From Candidatus Dojkabacteria bacterium HGW-Dojkabacteria-1 (lineage in GTDB: Bacteria > Patescibacteriota > Dojkabacteria > SC72), in assembly GCA_002840365.1 (NCBI GenBank), contig PHAO01000001.1, forward strand, positions 239,242 through 303,241: a DNA stretch of 64,000 nt, read 5' to 3'. Numbering within the stretch: the first letter of the stretch is position 1; each line of letters opens with the position of its first letter. Positions 58,020 through 64,000 of this stretch are shown piece after piece. The notes below the pieces were generated by a model. That model ran no database searches and was not told where the DNA came from. It saw nothing but the letters and a program-made list of their open reading frames with translations. The translations under genes were made by a program, and so were the position numbers.

Positions 58020-58655
58020 ATGGAAACAAAAATAGACCTAGATAGGTATCGAAGTTACTATGAGAAATTTGATATAGGGCATGGATGGGGACATATTGAA
58101 TCTGTGAGAAATTTTGCACTAGAACTGGGTAAAAAATACTGTCCAGAGAAACTAGAATTACTTTGGGTTGCAGCAACACTACATGATATTGGTCTATCAG
58201 TCTCAAGAGAGAATCACGAAAACGATGGTGCAGATATGATATTAAAGGATGAAGAATTAAGAAAGTACTATACTCAAAAAGAGATTGAAGAGATAGCAAA
58301 TGCTGTAAGACAACATAGGGCATCATGTGGTAATCCTCAAACAGACTTTGAAAAGATAATTAGTGATGCAGATAAGGTATCTGATGATACAAATAGTGCA
58401 TTTCAAAGAGCATACTATTGGGGTAAGGAGAAGCTTCCTCAGGTAAACCATGAAGGACAACTACTAAGGGCTGCATATCATCTACATGAAAAATTCGGTA
58501 AGAGTGGTACAGGTAGAAGATTGTATTTCAAAGAGAGTATTGAGAAGATAGATTCTGTATATGACCCTATCTTCGAAGCATTAGAGAGTTATGACTTAAA
58601 GAAGTTAGAAAGTTTTTTAAAGTTGTTTGAAATTGATAAAGGTTTCTTTTTGTAA
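58020..58655 (+). CDS. HD-domain phosphohydrolase
   Basis: HGWGH ... ATLHDIG HD motif. Confidence 0.7.
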   Translation: METKIDLDRYRSYYEKFDIGHGWGHIESVRNFALELGKKYCPEKLELLWVAATLHDIGLSVSRENHENDGADMILKDEELRKYYTQKEIEEIANAVRQHRASCGNPQTDFEKIISDADKVSDDTNSAFQRAYYWGKEKLPQVNHEGQLLRAAYHLHEKFGKSGTGRRLYFKESIEKIDSVYDPIFEALESYDLKKLESFLKLFEIDKGFFL

Positions 58656-58689
58656 TATATTTAAATGGATAACATAAATCTTTTTAAGT

Positions 58690-58890
58690 ATGGATTTACT
58701 AAAATACATAATTGTGGGAGTAGGTTGTTTGTTTGTAAGTCTAATACTTTCTATCATGGTTAGGAACATACTCGCAGGTGTGGGCTTTGCAATTCTTTCC
58801 TTTGGGGGATACATACTTTGGAATTATTTTAATGCTGCTAAAAATGATCCTCCCAAAAGTCCTTTTGACAATACACCAACGGACAATTAG
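58690..58890 (+). CDS. small two-TM membrane protein; its stop codon overlaps the 5' end of tRNA-Val(CAC)
   Basis: 66 aa, two hydrophobic helices. Confidence 0.35.
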   Translation: MDLLKYIIVGVGCLFVSLILSIMVRNILAGVGFAILSFGGYILWNYFNAAKNDPPKSPFDNTPTDN

Positions 58891-58954
58891 CTCAGTTGGT
58901 TAGAGCACTACATTCACATTGTAGGGGTCAGTAGTTCGAGTCTACTATTGTCCA
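58881..58954 (+). tRNA. tRNA-Val (anticodon CAC)
   Basis: GGACAAT-TA-GCTCAGTTGGTTAGAGC-A-CTACA-TTCACAT-TGTAG ... GTAGTTCGAGTCTAC-ATTGTCC-A. Confidence 0.85.
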
Positions 58955-59424
58955 GTTTCTGGCTTTACTTTGCTTGTACAGAATGCACACTTAGTGGATT
59001 TTTTACTAATATCTGAAAAACAGTATGGACATTTCATTGTCTTTTTTTCTTCCTTTACCTGTTCTTTCTCTGTTGCTTTGTTAATAGCTCTAACAATGAA
59101 ATACAAAATTATTGCCGTTATAGTAAAGGTAATTAACGCATTTAATACTAATCCGTACTGAATTACTACTGCTTGTGCTTCTTGTGCTTGAGCAAGTGTA
59201 TCATATTGCTCTTTACCAAGGGTAAAAAACATTTCAGAAAAATCTAAATTTGCCGTTAAAAAACCAATTGGAGGTGTAAAGATATTCTTTACTAAAGCGT
59301 CAACTAAATCCTTAAATGCTACACCAATGATTACTCCAATTGCTAAAGTAATGGCGTTGTCTTTCATTGCAAATTTTTTAAACTCCTTTAATTCCTTTCT
59401 AATACCCTTAAGAATTCTTCCCAT
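58945..59424 (-). CDS. mscL: large-conductance mechanosensitive channel MscL with a C-terminal zinc-ribbon extension
   Basis: LKEFKKFAMKDNAITLAIGVIIGVAF ... IFTPPIGFL matches the MscL N-terminus; C-terminal CPYCFS ... CAFCTS CxxC-N12-CxxC. Confidence 0.85.
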   Translation of the reverse strand: MGRILKGIRKELKEFKKFAMKDNAITLAIGVIIGVAFKDLVDALVKNIFTPPIGFLTANLDFSEMFFTLGKEQYDTLAQAQEAQAVVIQYGLVLNALITFTITAIILYFIVRAINKATEKEQVKEEKKTMKCPYCFSDISKKSTKCAFCTSKVKPETGQ

Positions 59425-60637
59425 TTCTTTTTAAAATGTAAAAAATTAAAACCAACAATACAAAGAAGAAGAGTGATGCATATACTATAATTTGATTCAT
59501 AAAGGCATCTTTCAAGGAATCATTGTTAAATTGAAAGAGTGTATATTGCAATGCAACAAGTAAAACTAAGAAGAAGATATGTATATATGAGTCCTTTATC
59601 AGTAATGAATTAATTACCATATATGAGACTGCATATACTGTCATGGCGATTCCATATAGTGTAATATATGGCACTATTTCAGAGTACATTCCCTTGAATA
59701 CAATATCTACTATTTCTTTTGTAAACAGGAAATATACAGCAGAGATAGCGAGTCCTGTTAATGCAGAAATAGTTAGAGAGATGAGTAAGGTTTTCTTTCT
59801 GAATTGATCTTCTTCATTTGCTAACTTTGAAATCATTACACCAGCAATAGTAATTGATGCAAAGTAAACAATCTTTCCTACAAGTGATAGTGCTCCATAT
59901 GATGCTCTTACTTCAGGATTTACAAGTATTAAATCAAGTGTAAATGGTGCATTAAGAAGTAAGAATGTTATAAATAGGAGTACAACTGCTTTGTATTGAA
60001 TATTGATTTTCTCTGTAGAGAGTTTCATGCTTCCTGTTCTTACGAAAGGAAGTACAAAGATTAGTGTTAACATAGCAGGTATTACATTCGAAAGAATAGG
60101 GAGTGTAATATCTAAGCTATTTGATATTGCATAGTAGCCCATTACAAACTTAAGGATTGTCTCAACAACAAGAATTAAATTCAATGTAGCTATCTTTTCT
60201 AACCCAAGTAGAAAGCCCTTTGGAATTGGAGAAATAATTGCTCCAAAGAGAGCTAAGCTGAGTGGTAATATGTATTTGTCAGGTATATTTGCAAAAGCAG
60301 CTATTTGTTCTCCAAAGATTAAGAATAGTGCAGACAGTGTAACTGCAACAAGTCCTAATTGTAGTGTACTTCTAATCTTGAATTTTTCTAGATTAAAGTC
60401 TCTTTTTTGAGCAACCCTTTTAGTTATTGCAGTTTGTATTGCAATTGCAGGTATTTGTACTAGGTATATTATTCCCAAAGCGGCATTGTAAAGACCAAAG
60501 TCATTACTTTGGAGATTTCTAGCAAGGTAAATATTGAAAAGATAGTTAAGGAAATTTACAAAGACTCCTACGAGTATGGTGATTAATATATTTTTTAGAA
60601 AGGTATTTTCTCCATTAAAATATTTACTTAGTGTCAT
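59408..60637 (-). CDS. MOP-superfamily polysaccharide biosynthesis protein (Wzx-like flippase)
   Basis: 409 aa, about 12 predicted TM helices, N-terminal pattern typical of polysaccharide biosynthesis proteins. Confidence 0.6.
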   Translation of the reverse strand: MTLSKYFNGENTFLKNILITILVGVFVNFLNYLFNIYLARNLQSNDFGLYNAALGIIYLVQIPAIAIQTAITKRVAQKRDFNLEKFKIRSTLQLGLVAVTLSALFLIFGEQIAAFANIPDKYILPLSLALFGAIISPIPKGFLLGLEKIATLNLILVVETILKFVMGYYAISNSLDITLPILSNVIPAMLTLIFVLPFVRTGSMKLSTEKINIQYKAVVLLFITFLLLNAPFTLDLILVNPEVRASYGALSLVGKIVYFASITIAGVMISKLANEEDQFRKKTLLISLTISALTGLAISAVYFLFTKEIVDIVFKGMYSEIVPYITLYGIAMTVYAVSYMVINSLLIKDSYIHIFFLVLLVALQYTLFQFNNDSLKDAFMNQIIVYASLFFFVLLVLIFYILKRNGKNS

Positions 60638-60700
60638 GGTGTATACTTGTCTAGTTATATATAATTAATAGAATACGATAATTTAATAAACTTTACCATT

Positions 60701-61867
60701 ATGGAACTAATAATAGCATTAATCGGAGGTATAGCCTTGGGTATTGGAATCTTCTATTTCTTCTTCAAAGGTAATAGTAAGCAACAGGAAGAAATCTCTG
60801 AAACAATATCTCAAAAGTTAAATGAGATAATGCCAAATATCTTAAGCCAGGCTAATGAGAGTTTAGTTAGGATGGCTGATCAGAAGTTGGGTGCAGAATC
60901 TAACAAAACAAGAATAGATTTAGAAAATAAAAGGTCTGAGATAGAAAGATTGGTAAAAGTAATTCAAGAGGATTTGAAAAGTAGTAAAAAAGATTTAGAA
61001 CTCTCTGAAAGAGAAAGGATTAATTCATTCTCGGCTCTTAAATCTTCTTTAGATGATTATAAAAAGATTACAGAGCAGCTTTCTGTAAGTACGGAGAATT
61101 TAAAAAAGGTTCTTTCGAATAATCAGTTAAGAGGTCAATTCGGGGAGCAGGTTGCAGAAGATTTACTTAAGATGGCAGGTTTTGTCCCAGGTGAGACATA
61201 TACAAGGCAGGAGTCTGATAATGGAAGTAGACCTGATTTCACAATATATTTCCCTGACAAGACGAAGATAAATGTTGATGCTAAATTCCCATATTCTTCA
61301 CTACAAAAAATGACTGAAACAGATGATGCTGATTTAAGAGCTAAGCATATGAGACAGTTTGAAACAGATGTTAAAGAGAAGATTAAACAGGTTACAACCA
61401 GAGAGTATATTAATCCTGAAGATAGGACTGTAGATTTTGTAATTCTCTTTATTCCAAATGAAATGATATTCTCCTTTATCTACGACAAGATGCCTCATAT
61501 ATGGCAAGATGCTATGCAAAAGAAGGTTGTATTAGCTGGTCCATTTAGTTTTACTGCTATTCTAAGAATGGTAAAGCAGGCATATGAGAATTTTAGAATT
61601 CAAGAGAATATATACAAGATTGTTGGGCATGTTCAATCAGTAGAAAAAGAGTTTGACAAGTTTAGTGAGGAGTTTGATAAGGTAGGTATAAGGATTCAAC
61701 AATTACAAAAGCAGTACTCAGATGTAAGCACAACACGTGTAAATCAGATGAAGAGAAAGATAGATCTTGTAAAGTTAGAAGGTGGTAGTGCGAAAGAGAG
61801 TTCACTTAATGATATTGTTTCTATACCAGAGAAAAGTAATTCTACCTCTCAAGGAACACTGTTGTAA
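60701..61867 (+). CDS. rmuC: DNA recombination protein RmuC
   Basis: N-terminal TM helix, long coiled-coil, C-terminal VDFVILFIPNEMIF region typical of RmuC. Confidence 0.7.
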   Translation: MELIIALIGGIALGIGIFYFFFKGNSKQQEEISETISQKLNEIMPNILSQANESLVRMADQKLGAESNKTRIDLENKRSEIERLVKVIQEDLKSSKKDLELSERERINSFSALKSSLDDYKKITEQLSVSTENLKKVLSNNQLRGQFGEQVAEDLLKMAGFVPGETYTRQESDNGSRPDFTIYFPDKTKINVDAKFPYSSLQKMTETDDADLRAKHMRQFETDVKEKIKQVTTREYINPEDRTVDFVILFIPNEMIFSFIYDKMPHIWQDAMQKKVVLAGPFSFTAILRMVKQAYENFRIQENIYKIVGHVQSVEKEFDKFSEEFDKVGIRIQQLQKQYSDVSTTRVNQMKRKIDLVKLEGGSAKESSLNDIVSIPEKSNSTSQGTLL

Positions 61868-61917
61868 AAAAGAGGGGGCTTGTGAGCCCCCTTCAGTTTC
61901 CTCTTTTGTGTATCAGA

Positions 61918-62616
61918 TTACATAGTAGGTGTTGTTTCTTGTGCTGGAGTGCTTTCTACTTTTGGAGTAGAGGTATTACTCTTTGGTTTCCATGCTAATA
62001 GGTAGAGTAGTACAAACATACCGAAAGGAATTAAGATTAGAAGTACGAGTAACTTCTCATATCCTCTCTTTTCTGTAATATTTGCTAATGCAATGATAGA
62101 GATAATCATTACTATGAATGCACCAATTCCTGGTATTAAGAGTAAGAGTAATAACCATGGGTTCTGTCCTCCAAGTTGTAGCATCATAATGCTGTTTAGT
62201 ATTGGAATCCAAGCAAACCATGGATTCTCATATCCCATTTCCTTACCAATTTTCATAAGAGCAAGTGCAGAGAAGATGTATCCTCCCAAACCAAATACTA
62301 TTGCAAAGAGCATATATACTCCTGCAAACAATGCCATAAAGCCTGCTCCTAAAAGACCAGCTGCAACGTCAGCGGCATCTTGCCCTTGTGTTGTATACAA
62401 GAGATCATCTGCTGTGTCATAATCCCATTCCCAATCCCAATCTGTTCCTTCATCTGTGGTGTACATATACTCATCTGGAGCCTCATCTGTAGTTGGATCC
62501 TGATAAAGGATAGGGGTATCATCTACAGGTACTTCCTCTTCTTGTGCTCTTACTACACCTAATGGTAGTAGTGTAAGTACTAAAAGAGTTACTAAAAATA
62601 GCTTTAGTTTACTCAT
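61918..62616 (-). CDS. secreted/membrane protein with acidic (D/E/W-rich) N-terminal region and multiple TM helices; paralogue of 62684..63097
   Basis: Signal peptide; shared motif WFAWIPILN ... LQLGGQNPW ... LIPGIG with the adjacent gene. Confidence 0.45.
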   Translation of the reverse strand: MSKLKLFLVTLLVLTLLPLGVVRAQEEEVPVDDTPILYQDPTTDEAPDEYMYTTDEGTDWDWEWDYDTADDLLYTTQGQDAADVAAGLLGAGFMALFAGVYMLFAIVFGLGGYIFSALALMKIGKEMGYENPWFAWIPILNSIMMLQLGGQNPWLLLLLLIPGIGAFIVMIISIIALANITEKRGYEKLLVLLILIPFGMFVLLYLLAWKPKSNTSTPKVESTPAQETTPTM

Positions 62617-62683
62617 TAATAAAATATATATAAAAATTATCTATACTCTTAAAGAGTAGCACCTATGTCTTTAATCTTCAAGG

Positions 62684-63097
62684 TTACTTTTTCTGATATT
62701 CTCCCCAAGCAATATATCCTTGAGCAATAAATTGTGCAATCATTCCTCCGTTTGGTATTAACCATGCAAGCGCTACAATTAATCCTACCCATGTTGGAAA
62801 ACCTCTTAGTTCTGAAATTCTAACCCAAGCGACTGCACTTAGTACTGTAACCGCTATCCAACCCAAAAATGGGATAAAGATTAATAAATAGTACCAAGGA
62901 GAGTAGCCTCCCAGTTCTAATTGATATGCTCCTTTTACAATTGGTATCCAAGCTCTCCAAGTATCTGTGTTTCCTAATTTCTCTGCTATCTTACTTAATA
63001 CTAATGAAGTGTATATGTAAATTCCTAAAACAAAAATGGAAATCATAGTTCCATATACAGTAAAAAACGTTATGAAATACAATAGATCTTCGTTCAT
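62684..63097 (-). CDS. small polytopic membrane protein; paralogue of 61918..62616
   Basis: WRAWIPIVKGAYQLELGGYSPWYYLLIFIPFLG motif shared with the neighbouring gene. Confidence 0.45.
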   Translation of the reverse strand: MNEDLLYFITFFTVYGTMISIFVLGIYIYTSLVLSKIAEKLGNTDTWRAWIPIVKGAYQLELGGYSPWYYLLIFIPFLGWIAVTVLSAVAWVRISELRGFPTWVGLIVALAWLIPNGGMIAQFIAQGYIAWGEYQKK

Positions 63098-63174
63098 ATG
63101 AGAAGTGAATTAAATAATATAGTTAAATATATAGATATTTGTAAAAGAAGACAAACATATGTTAATTTATATCA

Positions 63175-63759
63175 ATGCCAAGTAAGAATTACTTCAAAAT
63201 AATAAAAGGAACAAATCCAATACTTCTATCAGCTCCGCATGTGTTTTCACACAAAAGACCTTCTTTAACTCCATCTTACAAATTAGGAGAGCCATGGACA
63301 GATGATATTGTTTATGAGATATGTGCTAATACAGGTGCATGGGGTATAGTCCTGACACAAGAAACTGATACAGATCCTAATTATATCCCTTTAAAAAGAA
63401 ATCCTTATAAACAAGAAATTACAAAAATTGTTCAAGAGAACAAGATTATAAAATTTTTAGATTTTCATGGACTAAGGAATGAGAGTGAAATAGATGTAGG
63501 TATCTACTATCCTACTAGATTTCAGAACTCCATCTTACTTGCAGAGACTGTCAGTAAAGCATTAGGAAAGGGTAAATTGAGAGGTATTAATTCATGTATA
63601 TTTAGATTTGAGGATAATGGGCAGGAGACATTAGGTGAGTATGTTGCTACTAAGCTTAGAGTACCTTCTATACAGTTAGAGATTGCCAGATACATTAGAG
63701 AAGACAAAATACTTAGAAATACATTTATTGAAAACCTATCTAATATCTTCAGAGTGTAG
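63175..63759 (+). CDS. hypothetical protein, possibly N-formylglutamate amidohydrolase (FGase)-like
   Basis: LLSAPHVFSH and DFHGLRNES weakly resemble FGase family motifs. Confidence 0.3.
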   Translation: MPSKNYFKIIKGTNPILLSAPHVFSHKRPSLTPSYKLGEPWTDDIVYEICANTGAWGIVLTQETDTDPNYIPLKRNPYKQEITKIVQENKIIKFLDFHGLRNESEIDVGIYYPTRFQNSILLAETVSKALGKGKLRGINSCIFRFEDNGQETLGEYVATKLRVPSIQLEIARYIREDKILRNTFIENLSNIFRV

Positions 63760-63843
63760 TATTCATTAATATTTTGAGTCTTTTTTGACCTTGTTATCTA
63801 CCTCTGTTATTCTTGTATATCTAACTTTATATAGTCATTTACT

Positions 63844-64000
63844 ATGACCACTGTTAAAAAAGAGGTAAAAACCGTTGTTGAAAGTCCAAAGAACAAAGCT
63901 ATTGATATTGCAGTTGCGCAAATTGAGAAACAATTTGGTAAAGGCTCCATTATGAAGCTAGGAAGCAAGGAGAAGGTTGCTGTTGAAGTAATTCCCACAG
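63844..64000 (+). CDS. recA: recombinase RecA, N-terminal fragment (continues beyond window end)
   Basis: [22 protein letters not shown] is the conserved RecA N-terminus. Confidence 0.85.
   Translation, partial: MTTVKKEVKTVVESPKNKAIDIAVAQIEKQFGKGSIMKLGSKEKVAVEVIPT

Noticed and set aside
1-64000. CRISPR arrays, rRNA genes, integrase/transposase genes
   Set aside because: No regularly spaced direct repeats of CRISPR type, no 16S/23S/5S-like conserved stretches, and no recombinase motifs (R..H..R..Y, DDE) were seen in any ORF. The islands therefore lack an identifiable mobility gene within this window.

Overview
The window is a low-GC (about one third GC), gene-dense bacterial chromosome segment. 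Its gene content looks like a small-genome, possibly episymbiotic bacterium of the CPR/Patescibacteria type; that lineage call is inference only. Recognisable housekeeping genes include secA, recO, ndk, a family-4 uracil-DNA glycosylase, a TrpRS-like class I aminoacyl-tRNA synthetase, trxA, a tsaC-tsaE fusion with tsaD, eno, a glnA-like glutamine synthetase, dgkA, mscL, rmuC and the start of recA. There is a glycan-assembly operon (two GT4 glycosyltransferases plus an initiating phosphoglycosyl transferase), a GT28 glycosyltransferase and a MOP-family flippase. Envelope and surface biology is prominent: a 2203-aa giant Fn3-rich surface protein is immediately followed by a CHAP-domain lipoprotein on the same strand, and two further large surface proteins share with it a C-terminal carboxypeptidase-regulatory-like domain plus TM-anchor module. 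M23 and S41 peptidases are also present. I find six canonical tRNAs (Lys-CTT, Asp-GTC, Leu-GAG, Val-TAC, Val-CAC) plus one cloverleaf with a UUA anticodon, which would be an ochre/amber suppressor although all three stop codons terminate genes here. The most interesting accessory content, in order: (1) a GC-rich islet downstream of a tRNA-Leu/tRNA-Val pair that carries an unannotated 31-codon Thr/Ser/Asp-rich peptide ORF directly upstream of an ATP-grasp ligase, which looks like a graspetide (microviridin-like RiPP) cluster; (2) a tRNA-Asp-linked defence island with a fused PD-ExK nuclease / N6-adenine methyltransferase (Type IIG/IIL-like) and three uncharacterised neighbours; (3) a single GC-rich, probably horizontally acquired gene bounded by a hairpin; (4) a repeated palindrome AGTAGACC-N2-GGTCTACT that overlaps TAG stop codons of two unrelated genes; (5) a 12-bp inverted-repeat-flanked small ORF beside tRNA-Lys. 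No rRNA or CRISPR array was seen. All calls come from reading the sequence and ORF translations by eye; no database searches were run.
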